Assembly (NCBI GenBank): GCA_030704615.1 | Contig: CM060734.1 | Coordinates: 47,988,001-48,052,000 of the forward strand | Length of the DNA stretch: 64,000 nucleotides | Origin: Takakia lepidozioides | Taxonomy: Eukaryota > Plantae > Bryophyta | Reading direction: 5' to 3' | Part shown: piece by piece, positions 50,497-61,690 of the stretch | Numbering within the stretch: the first letter of the stretch is position 1 | How the letters are laid out: every line of letters begins with the position of its first letter | Made by a program: the position numbers and the translations under genes | The notes under the pieces: generated by a model | Database searches by the model: none | The model's input: the letters and a program-made list of their open reading frames with translations, nothing else | Told to the model about the DNA's origin: nothing

Positions 50497-50715
50497 TTTA
50501 TTTTTATTTTTATTTTTATTTGAAATGGAAAACAACGGGGAGTGACCACTCAAAAATCAGGCCCCTTAACAATAGTGAGAGGAGAAAATAACGTAACCTT
50601 GCCATGAGGCAGCAAGCAAGGGAAGGGGGAGAACACTATACCGCACCCGTCAAGTTAGCAGGATTTGAACCTAGAACCAATATGCTACATGTTGGATGAT
50701 TACTCAAAAACTACA
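50497..50715 (-). mobile_element. SINE family 1, second copy
   Basis: Reverse complement aligns to 9003-9165 (ggttcaaatcctgcta...ttattttctcctctcacta...taaggggcctgatt); (aaata)n tail. Confidence 0.8.
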
Positions 50716-50750
50716 CATTTCTCCCCATACAAAACTGTCCAGAAAACCTC

Positions 50751-52300
50751 TCAAAGTCCATAAGGCCATAGAATTGCATGAGTGGGAGAGTCCAATGGAT
50801 GTTCTATTAGCATCCACGATTCTTCTACAATGTCAAATGCCAGTATTTCTGATTTGGGGTCCATGAAGACTACGTATAGATCACCCCAAAATTTTGCATA
50901 CCAACCTTTAGAAGTTGCAAAGAAGTCGTGCAATAGTTTATCCGGAATTTTGGGTATTGCTTCCATTCTCCAATGGAGACATTCAATTCCCATAAAACAT
51001 GGTTCCCATAAACATGGTGAACTCGGCCCCCAAACGCCGCCCCCAATACTCCTAGCTACCAACTTGCGGCCCCGGCTTTCCATGAACAAGCACACATATT
51101 TTTGCTTGAAGTCATCCGGCATATGTGTCTTAAACTCCGTCCAAACTTCGGTGCCAATATCATAAGCAAATTGGTGGCGGGCCGTATTGGTTCAATGGAA
51201 CGTGTATATCTTCGTCGTATCTTGGTAGCGTCCCTTCAATATTTTGGGCCAATGAAACTGGGTTTTCTTTCCAATGGTTGTTCATGCTAGGTTTTTTTGG
51301 TTTGATTCATACTTGGGCAAGTTTTCATGGATTGGCAGGAGGGAAGTCTCGCATATTCTACAGTAGGGCTTGGACAAACTGGTGGAATCACAAGGACGTG
51401 ACATGGCAGAATTAAAATTACAGATGCAGAGTATGATTGAGTACCAGAAAGCCATTTGTGACCAGATTGGGGATTAATCTACCAGGCGCAGGACTAGTGA
51501 CATCTACGATGGATACGTCTGCTGTGACAGTATCAAAATGTTTGGTCCAACTCCATCGTAAGTCACATCATTGGTCATGACATACATAACGTTGCCACAT
51601 TTAGCAGTGCCTGCTATATAGGATGGCTCAGTTAGCGGCATGTTTCCTGCCTCATTCCACGAGTTGGAGATGGAGTTGTAGACCAAAGTTCTATGCATGC
51701 GAACCTCTACCTCTTCAGTATCATACCTTGTTACAATTGTAACCCTAATAAGGATGTACCCTCCAGTTCTGCTATCCATCACCAGTTTACTAAGAAATCT
51801 CTCCTCGTCGTAAAGTGGAGGCACTTCAAGCAAGCGTCTGCAACACTTTTGAGATTGGATTGAACACGATGATGTGCGAATCCTCTAAGCGACATGAACT
51901 CAGTGCCATGGAAAACAACCCTCCGTCTATAGATAAATAATAGTAAGCCGGTGAAGGATAGGAACCTGCTGTTGACATATTTGTTGAGATGCAACTAGGC
52001 AAGTGAGATCTAAGGAATGCGGGGTCCATCTATTGCAACTTGGACATCCCCCTTGCAGATGATGATGGATACAATAACTTTAAAAATCCCATGTTCTGCG
52101 GGGAAATGTACCCATTGTCCGAGGGAAAGACAAAGAATGGCTCTATTTGATCGACACCGACTTGGTGGCGGAGATGCATAAAACCTTGAGTTGTTGGTAG
52201 AGATCGCTGGCGCTTGCACACCATCTATAAGCGGCAAAAGTTTGTGCAAGATAAGCGTGCCAATACTCTGTCCAGTAAGTCGCACGATAGCCTACTCCAC
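50751..52300 (-). pseudogene. F-box protein pseudogene (F-box plus beta-propeller-like C-terminus)
   Basis: WSRLSCDLLDRVLARLSCTNFCRL*MVCKRQRSL at ~52300-52200, downstream IIVFNPISK and TLVYNSISNSW. In-frame stop and frameshifts. Confidence 0.75.
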
Positions 52301-52811
52301 ACCTCAGTGTCCATACCCGTTGGTGGATCAGAAGAGAGAGCCAAGTAGCCACAATCCTTGGGTAGAGGTACCTTCTCGGCCTGCTGTCATGAAGCTCTGT
52401 TCTACTCCAGACTTTGCTTTGTCCGGTGGCCACAACTGTCATGTGCCACCACGAACTCGCAATGTGTGAAGGAAGGAAGTGGGAGTCTGGAGACCTGCGT
52501 GCTTGTATGTACATATGCAAGGATACAACAAGACCCAAGTTTGGGTTTTGCATAAACAACACTTGGTCGTTTACTAAATTCGCTACAGCCTTTAACTTTA
52601 GGAACTTGCGTGACGCTCACGAGGCTGCTCGACAGGTAACTTACTGTCAATCAAACTCTGAACGGCGTCGTGGCGATGCATCGACTGCAACCCTAGTACT
52701 CATCAAATTGCATCTAGGAAATGCAGACATCGATGGAGGATGGCTGCAGCAGCAACTTCTTGTAGATCTACTGGACCTGATTCAGGACGAGCAGCGGGCC
52801 TTGCGTAGTAA

Positions 52812-52989
52812 AAATATGATGCATCCCGAAGGGAGCTTAAATTATGGTGTCTCTTCACCACAAGGGCTACTAGGGCTACTGCCTTCCAGCTAAAAGGTGG
52901 ACACCTTCATGACACACCAGACCATGGTTTGAACCCACAACCATATCCAACGTGGTATGTGCCCATTACCACTGGGCTACATGCTGGTT
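52812..52989 (-). mobile_element. tRNA-derived SINE family 2, best-preserved copy
   Basis: Minus strand A box tagcccagtgg and B box ggttcaaacc; four related copies in the window. Confidence 0.75.
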
Positions 52990-53199
52990 ATCGAGTGCAG
53001 ATATCAATAGCACTAGGACTTGAAATAATTCGTATTCACTTCCATCTTCAAGCTTTGGAGAAGAATTAGGACAGCACTCTGATTTCCATCCACTGTCACC
53101 AGACACTAGCATCTTTCCAAGAAAACATCCTATCACCACAAGAACAAATCCCCTCTTCAAAGTGGTGGAAAGCAGGATCTGAGATTGTAGTGCACCCTG

Positions 53200-53663
53200 C
53201 ATTAGAGTATCCATATTTATTTTCTGAAGCACTAAGTATATCATGAGGAGCCTCCGGTGGTCCAGTGGTCTCTCTTTTATTTCTCCTTCCCAAGTTTGGT
53301 CTGTCTGGTTTCTCTACGCACTTCATAGTTGCCAGTATCACAGTCCAGTGCTGGAATCACCATTACATTGTCCATACAGACTCTACATTGCAGACTGCAT
53401 TCTTGCAATACATTCTCAGATCAGTTGCACTCCATCAGTTTGATAATGTTGTCGTGATCGTTCATCTCTTGCAAAAACATCACCTCCCGAAATGTTCTTT
53501 GCGCATCAGTGGAATTTTGAAAGGCATCAAAGATTTTTTTGAGAGCCACGACGTCATTAGATCGCCTCTCAACCACCTTCCACACAATTCCATACGCCCC
53601 TTTGCCGAGTTTCTGACCCACATGATACTTGCGCAGAACATGTTTGTCTATATCCTCACTCAT
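53200..53663 (-). pseudogene. MAPK15: N-terminal fragment of MAPK15/ERK7-8-type kinase
   Basis: MSEDIDKHVLRKY....KLGKGAYGIVWK.......VALKKIFDAFQNSTDAQRTFREVMFLQE..HDNIIKL, then a stop. A DIYLV remnant lies at ~53245. The rest of the kinase is absent. Confidence 0.85.
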
Positions 53664-54289
53664 GATGCCCCCTTTCCAACAAGGGAAAAAGATGCAGCCG
53701 TCCAAGGCTTTTCACTGCAGAATATAATACACAGCAGGCGCCAATGACAGAATTTGTGTAGCAATAAATTATGTACCTAGAAGTAATGGTTGTTGCTATG
53801 ATTGAGGCAGAACAAGTAACTGCCACCTTTATCGCTTCATTAATCTCTGGATTCCCCGCTGATAGAGTAGAATAATTACCTCACATTTCTGTATCAGACT
53901 CTTGTGGCACCAGCTCTCTCTACAACTGAGCTAACCAAAAGCAAAGAAAACAATATTCTCAGCTAGAGGCTTTGTTATTGAAAATTCCCACCAGTGAATG
54001 GGATCCAGATGAATTTTCCAGTCCCGCTAAAAGTGTTAACCATCAATCACCCTCTTTCATGCATTACCATTGCTGCCGTATCATGTTCACAGCAGCACTG
54101 TTGGCGCAGTTGTTAGATTACCTAAGATAGTGACAGGTACTTTTTCCTTGTTTTAAGATGCATGGGGACGCACCAAATTGCTTGCCTGTGGAATACCGCA
54201 GCGGAGCAGCATCATGGACAGGGGATGGTGTCATAGAGAGGGGTCGAATTGTGTTCTGGACAGCCGAATTTTTCCGTGTCAGGCAGCCC

Positions 54290-54545
54290 TAGGCAGGCTT
54301 GGCAAGGAGCCAGCGGAGGATTGGGCTCACATCCTCAGTAAACTTTATCATGAGGAAGAAGATAAGTCTGTAGCCAACGACCATGCCAAAGACAACTGCC
54401 AAATCTTCCCACTTGCTTCGATTGGTATCGATCTGATAGAGCATACATATGGAAGCCTATGTAAGACATACGGTAGCGCCAGACGGCCTTAGGCAGATAT
54501 TTGGGAAGTCGGGAAAATCCCGCCACCAGCATATATATACCCTGA
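54290..54545 (-). pseudogene. C-terminal fragment of an ABCG (WBC11-like) half transporter
   Basis: QGIYMLVAGFSRLPKYLPKAVWRYRMSYIGFHMYAL, then in another frame YQIDTNRSKWEDLAVVFGMVVGYRLIFFLMIKFTEDVSP. Confidence 0.75.
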
Positions 54546-54629
54546 GCCACAAACAGGGTAACATTATGCAATGACGAATCTCTCTCAAACACTCCCTCTA
54601 CTTTATGCTGTCTACAACATGAATAACTG

Positions 54630-56044
54630 TGCCCAGGGCTGCCAGGCTCGCACACACATTGCAAATGCACAAGAACGTGATGTGATTTGGCTTCACCCCT
54701 TTCCTGCATCATTTGCTCATAGGTCTCCATAACCTCCATCCCACACCCATGCTACCGTCATGGCACTCCAAGACACCACATTTCGTTTAGCCATATTGTC
54801 GAACACTCCCTTCGCGTCTTCAATGCACCCACATTTGGCATACATATCCACCAGGGCACTGTTCGGAATGACATCTGGTACAATTCCAGCTTTGACAATG
54901 TTACTATGAACCTCTCTGCCCTTCTCCAGGGCTACGAGGCTTGCACACACGTTGCAAACACCAACACACGTGATGTGGTCAGGGGCATGTGCTCTGTCCT
55001 CTCTCTCACAACAGAGGAGGTACCTTCTCAACTTGCTGCCTACTAAGGTCAACCAGGAGCTGCTCCATAGCCTTGCAATTTGCCATGAAGCTCTCGTCCT
55101 TGATATCAACACTGTCTTTCAGTACATTTAAACCCTGATCCAAACTCATAAACTTCTCCGGCCACCTGAAATTAAGGAATCAATTGAAGGAAGTGACAGT
55201 CTAAGAATGTACTCACCAAACAGCATTGCACTGCTGATGAAGCTGCGTAAGGCCTCCTTGTCTGCAGCCAAAGTGCTTTACTGTCGGAGTGATACCATGA
55301 TCTTGACTCAGGGAATCAAAGTAGCGTCTTCCTTCATTCAGTAGGCCAGTGTGGCTGCATGCAGACATAACACATATAAAGACTGTCCAGCTTCAAGCCA
55401 TTCTTTTGCATTCCTTCAAATAGTTGCAGGACCTCCCTATGACAACATGCTGGGCATATCCTGTGATCATCGCATTCCACATCTGGCATACATGTCCATG
55501 AGGATATTGTTCAGAACCACATCTAGTACAATTCCAGCTTTGGCGATGCAACCATGCCCTTTTCCAGGGCTGTCAGGCTTGCATACGCACTGCAAACGCA
55601 CACAAACGTGATGTGGTCGGGCTTCACCCCTTTGCACATCATTTGCTCATAGGTCTCCAAGGCCTCCATCATGCGCCCCTGTCGTGCATACCCTGCAAGC
55701 ATGGCGTTCCACGACACCACATCTCGTTCAGCCATACTGTGGAAAACTCCCTCCACATCCTCAATGCTCCCACATTTGGCATACATGTCCACCAGGATAT
55801 GTGTGAATCCACTTTGGATAATGTGAGTGTTCACCTCCTTTCCAGCTTCAAAACCTTCCATCTTGATGCACTTAAGCAAGAGACAGACATACGTATCTGA
55901 ATCTGCCGAAATGCCTCCTTGGTTTAGAGTCTGTAGAGCCTCTGTCAGTCTGCCTGCCGCACAAAGTATCTTCACATGCCTAGAAGTGCCAGAAGAAGCA
56001 TTGTGGACTCCCTCTCTTGATCCTCTTTCAGAAGTTGTGGTCAT
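54630..56044 (-). pseudogene. Third PLS-PPR gene, fragmented and interrupted by foreign sequence
   Basis: ORFs 55523-56044 and 54717-54985 carry PPR motifs. A DYW tail remnant FHHFEEGICSCGD lies further downstream at ~53130-53172. Confidence 0.8.
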
Positions 56045-57267
56045 AGTTTAGGTGCCTGATTCTATGAACTGTGCCGCTGCAGCTACTGCCTTTAGTTGGC
56101 CATCTACCCATGCAGGTTTATTGTAGCTATTGATCCACATGGAATCATAGGTCATCTGGAGCTTGAAGTCCGTCCTTCTTGGATGAAACTGTCCACCCAC
56201 ACACTATCCCTGCTCCTTCAGCTATCCATGCCTCTACACAAATCATACATACATCCTTGCATTGCTGCTATCAGCTGACAATGACAGCCTAGATCTGCTG
56301 CCTTTAGTTGACCATCTACCCATGCAGGTTTCTTGTACCTATCCTTCCACAGGGAATCATAGGTAATCTGCCGTCATATACCCATCACAGGTCCAATCCA
56401 AACAGCAGCCCTAACAACCACTTTTGGCAAGACCAGACATTTCAAAGACTGCGCTACATAATAAACTTACACATATACCACTGTCGTGCGCATACGTATC
56501 GCTACACAACTACATCGCTGTCCAAACTACACCACACATATATGCACAATAAATTAGTCTGCCACAATAGTGATTGAAAGAACTAACCTCACATGTCTGA
56601 TAACAAAGAAACACAAAACACAACACAATCACTCGTTAAACTAAGAGTCGAGCCAGGGGCACCCCAAGCTATGGGGACTCCACCCCACAACGTCATATTC
56701 TCCCTTCATAAACACACTCAGATTCTAAGCAGTGAAGGAGCTCGGTCGTGCAGGCTCAACTCGAGAGAAATGAGCCGCACGACTGACGCTCTCGTGAAGA
56801 TAAGATGGTTCATGTGTCAAGCTAAACTTGATACCTGACTTAATACTTGAACTAAATCCAAGTGTTAAATACAAATAACTAGATTTATTCTAGTTAGTTT
56901 CACACTGTGTTTATTTAACTTGACAGCTGTCGTGCGCATACGTATCGCTACACAACTACATCGCTGTCCAAACTACACCACACATATATGCACAATAAAG
57001 TAGTCTTCCACAATCGCCCCCCTAGCTGGTGGATAGGTCCTTCTAACTCCAGATAGCTACAAGATAGCCACAGCCGTACTAAGTCTTCTATCACTGTCCC
57101 TATTGTACTCAAACTCTATAGACCAAGAGGCCGGGTACAAGAGTAGCCCCATCGTTAGTCGCCGTCTTGCAATCTGTGAACTTGAGCCAGGATCTCGTGT
57201 GTTCAAGGTCTCCTAGTAGCTTGGCCTTGCATTTCTTGTTAGCCTCCCATGGTTGTATCCACTCCCA

Positions 57268-57415
57268 CTATCCAATGCAATGCGGACATAACCAATCCCC
57301 ATCAGGAACCATCTCAAGAGGTGGAGTCAAGCATCCCATATGCCAACCTCTAGAGCATCGATCACACACCAGCATGGTGGCTGCCCCTCTAGCAAACCCA
57401 CACAACATACACCTC
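57268..57415 (-). CDS. PHD finger at the integrase C-terminus
   Basis: CMLCG.......MLVCDRCSRGWHMGCLTPPLEMVPDGDWLCPHC (C4HC3). Confidence 0.92.
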
Positions 57416-60400
57416 AAACTTGCAGGTACCACTGCCAGGTTTGGGTCAATCCTGCCATCGACATTCGGAAGGTGACATGGCGTGCAATTACGCACATGGT
57501 CCTTCCAAGTTATGCCATCCCGACCCTCCAAGATCAAGACGCCTGAGGGCAATACCTCTCGAACCCTCAAAATAACACGTCCTGTAGTCACATCCAAGGT
57601 CGTAGGAGCAGTCTGCTGCAGATAAACATAGTCACCAGGGTTAAATCTCCGAATCCCAGGACGATAGCCCCCACCACGTATGGTAGCATACCTCAACGTA
57701 TCACGATGTTGTGCAATGGCAAGGTTCTCGAAAGCCATGGGCATGACTTTCTTGAACAATCTGCACGCTGATCATATGCACGTGCCCACACGTCCGGATC
57801 GTCAAGGTTAAGAACTGTAGCAGCTTTTCTACGAATGGATGTAGGCAAATCCGGCTCTCGGCCAAAGAGAAGAAAGTATGGTGAGAAAGAGGCAAGTGAT
57901 GCTTGCTTGCTGAACCTGTAGCCCATGGCTAACCAGGGTAACTGAAGGTCCAATCTCCTAGGTGTCCCTTCTGCAAGCCATACTTGCGCAAACCCCTCTT
58001 TACTGTCTGAACAACCCTCTCTGCCAAGCCATCGGCCTCAGGATGATCCCGAGAAGTGGTGCGGTGGTCTACCAAGGCCTGGTCACACAAAGCCTGAAAC
58101 TCCCCCAAGAACTCTCTCCCTTGGTCCGTGAGTACCTTAGCTGGAGCACCGAATCGGCTAACTACACAATCCAAGAATGCATACGCAGCTTCCTCACTAG
58201 CCTTATCAGGCAATGGAACCAACTCCATCCACTTGGAGAAGTGCTCCACCATCACCAACACGTACTTGTTGTGGCGCATGGTCAGTGGCAACGGCCCTGC
58301 GAAGTCAAGACTCCACCTGTAGCCCAATCCCATGATCGGAAGAGGGTGCAATTGTGGAGTAGGGGCGTTGAATGAAGCACGCACCCTGTCACACTCCATG
58401 CACCTAGCCACAAATTGTTGCACCTCTGTGTGCATACCACGCCACCAATACTGCCCCTGCAGTAGACTATGAGTGCGTCGCACCCCAAAATGCCCCAACT
58501 CCTCATGGGCATGCCGCACTAACCATGCCCGCTGTGTTGGGTGAGGCACAATCCTCACTCGACCATCCTCCCACACTCGGAGCAGGTGTGTCCTCTCCCA
58601 CTTGAACCTCTTGGCTCGTTGTAGGATCCGATCCCTCTCCTTAGCAGTCACAGTGGTTGCCGTGTCTCCAGTGCGGAGGTAGTCCAACACAGCTGAATCC
58701 TCACGTATATCTTTGGCGCCACCTTGCTCATTGCTGGCCTCAGGGTCCTCAGATACTTGATCTACAGTCATCCCTGTTGCAGGTCCAACCTGGCCTTCCG
58801 CTGCCAAGATACACAGAAATGCAGATGCATGCCATCCGGGCACCATCTCCTCGTCCGTCTCACCATGCCACCGAGTTCCAGTGTCATCCTGCTAGCTCGT
58901 GCATGGATTGCGACTCAACCCATCTGCATCCCGATTGACCAAACCCGGTCGATGCACAACCTGAAAGTCATACTCTTGAAGGATAAGTGCCCACCGTGCA
59001 AGCTTCCCCGTAAGCTTGTCTGACTCCATCAACCACTTGAGTGGTTGGTGATCCGTGACAAGGGTGAAGAGATTGCCATATAGATAGCACCTGAAATGTG
59101 CCACGGCCCACACTGCAGCTAAGCATTCTCCCTCATATGAGCTATACTTAGACTCTGCAGCATTGTTCGAGCAGCTAGCATAAGCCACTACGAACTCTCT
59201 TCCCTCATCATCTACCTGTGTGAGCACCGCTCCAAGCCCCAGCATGCTCCAATCTGTATGCAGCTGAAAATGACGCCCCCTGATAGGTCGTCTCAAGATG
59301 GGCGCCGAGGTCAACCTCGCCTTGAGATCTTGAAAAGCTTGTTTTTGCTCATCTTCCCACTGCCACTCCTGGTCCACCTTGGTCAGTTTGGTTAGAGCCT
59401 TTGCAATGGCACTAAATCCCTTAACAAACCATCTATAATAGTTTGCTAATCCCATGAAAGCTCGAACTCGGCTCACATCCGTGGGGCGTGGAATCTGTGC
59501 AATGGACTCTATTTTAGTCTGTTGTACCCCCAATCCTCGAGGATATATCATGTGACCCAGATACTCAATTTGGTTGTGGAAAAACTTGCACTTCCCCGGA
59601 TGCAACTTCAATCCGTACGCCCTCGAGCGCTCAAATACCACCTGAAGATGTCTCTCATGCTCCTCCACCGTAGCACTAAAGATGATGATGTCATCTATGT
59701 AGCACCGAGCAAACTCCACCCCTGCTAGAATCCTGTCCATGACTCTCTGAAACTCTGCAGGAGCGTTCTTAAGCCCAAATGGTAAGAACCGCCACTGGTA
59801 TAGGCAATCCTTCCCGTGCTCATTGATCCCCCAGAATGTCGTCTTCTGCTTATCCGCCTCCTTGATCGGCAACTGGTGATATCCGGATCGTAAATCCAAA
59901 GTGCTAAAGACCTTGGCATGCCCAATGGCATCAAAGATCTCCTCTGGTGTCGGCATGGCATACCTATCGGACTTGGTCTGACGATTTACAGGCCGGTAAT
60001 CACCACTTATACGTCTCTCCGTCCAATTGCCATAGACATCCTTCTTGGCTGGCATCACTGTGGCTGAAGCATACTCTCCCCCAGATAGCTCCACCAAACT
60101 AGCCTCCCAAAGATCCTGAGTTCTCATCTGAATCAAGGACCTCTCCATGTCACTGTATCTATAGGGTCTCCGAAAGATTGGCGTGTCAGTAGCCAATTCA
60201 ATGCGAATCTCTTGACCCTTCAGTGCTCCTAAGTCCTTCAAACTGAAGGCAAAGCAGTTCATGTAAGCCCTCAAGAACCGCCGTATACGTCGTCTTTCCC
60301 CTCCGGTGACTATAGGTCCAACATCAGGCTCTCAGTTGTCCTCCGTGACTGCAACTTTGAGTCCAGCAGGCTTAGAGATAGAAGACGCGTCCCGTGGTTG

Positions 60401-61690
60401 CTATGCTGCAATCTCTTGAGCAGTGACCACTGCCTCCTCTGTCAGTGACAATGTCTCATTCTGCCCCATCATCCCATCCTTGAGGACCTCCTCAACCCGA
60501 GAAAAATCCCCAACCTCATCCATCACCGCCGCCTTGGCTGCCAACTCTTTCTGAACCTTGAGCACCTCCCACGTGTGCCATGGATGCGGCCTGCACCTCG
60601 TGGTCCTCACCTGTTCGCCCCCACTCGCTACATGTACCGTCTCGGTAGGCAGGAAGACCATCAAGGGAAGTGTACTCCGTACTCTGCGCTGCTCAGCCAT
60701 AGCCAAGCTGAGAATCCAGGTCAAGCAATTGAGATCCATTGCTTGCCCCAACACCTGACGACGTGATGCCTCAGAAAGAGATGGCACCGCCGTGGTACCA
60801 GTGATAAAACCCATTGCCCACTCGCGCTCGTCAGTATTGGGCTCTACTAATTGCTGCAACTGGCTATCCCACAAGAGGCAAGGTCCACCATCCCGAAAAG
60901 CATGGGATCCTGGAAAGCTGAGCAGTGTAGGCAATGCGGCTCGTGGGTGATCCACCTTATTGACCACTACCAAAGGTGACCAGTCATCGTGTCTCACACG
61001 CTGAGACTGTCTCCCACGCTGAGATTGTCTCCATATGTCCAAAATGCTATCCACCGTCAAGTGTGGTGGCCGCTGCACCCCATCAAATGCACGCTTGAGC
61101 AGTGCAGGTGGCATCAAGTTCGTCCACCATAGTCGTGGGCGATGAGCCCGTGACCCCACTGCAGCTACGTCCAGCAACACTCCTAATTCAAGCCAAGACC
61201 GCACTTGATACACACTGGCCATCACCTTGGCCCTAGAATCACCCATCAATTGCACATTCTCCAAGATATATGTCGGAGGGTCTGTCTACTGAAGCTGTAA
61301 ATAACGTAGGACCCTCAACATCTCCCAAAACAGGCGTGACCTTGAGTTTTGTAACCCATTGCCATGCCCGGCTGATGAATGCCCTTGGCAGGGCCAACCT
61401 GCCACTACCAAGTGAATAGGGTCAACCCGCTCCAAATCATGCGCCCCCAGCGGGGGGGGGGGGATGTCTGCTGGCAATGCTTGTTGGTATCCACGAACTG
61501 CAGACACTGGCAACAAATCAGGGTATTGCTGCACCAACTGAGCAACATGGCGCAGTGAGACGCGTTGTGCAGTCTCATCCCTCTCCACATACAAGTAACG
61601 TCGAACTCATACACCTGCCTGCAGCACTACAGCCAATCCAGTGTTGATCCCGCCAAACAAGTCCAGAAGGCATATGCCTTCATGTGGGCA
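60401..61690 (-). pseudogene. Cytosine-C5 DNA methyltransferase domain within pol (DNMT3/DRM-like flavour, unpermuted motif order)
   Basis: Motif I LDLFGGI, II YVERD, IV VVAGWPCQGHS.AG, V SRLFWE, VI YILENV, VIII AHRPRLWWTN, IX-X EREWAMGF...RRQVLGQAM. In-frame TGA/TAG stops. Confidence 0.9.
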
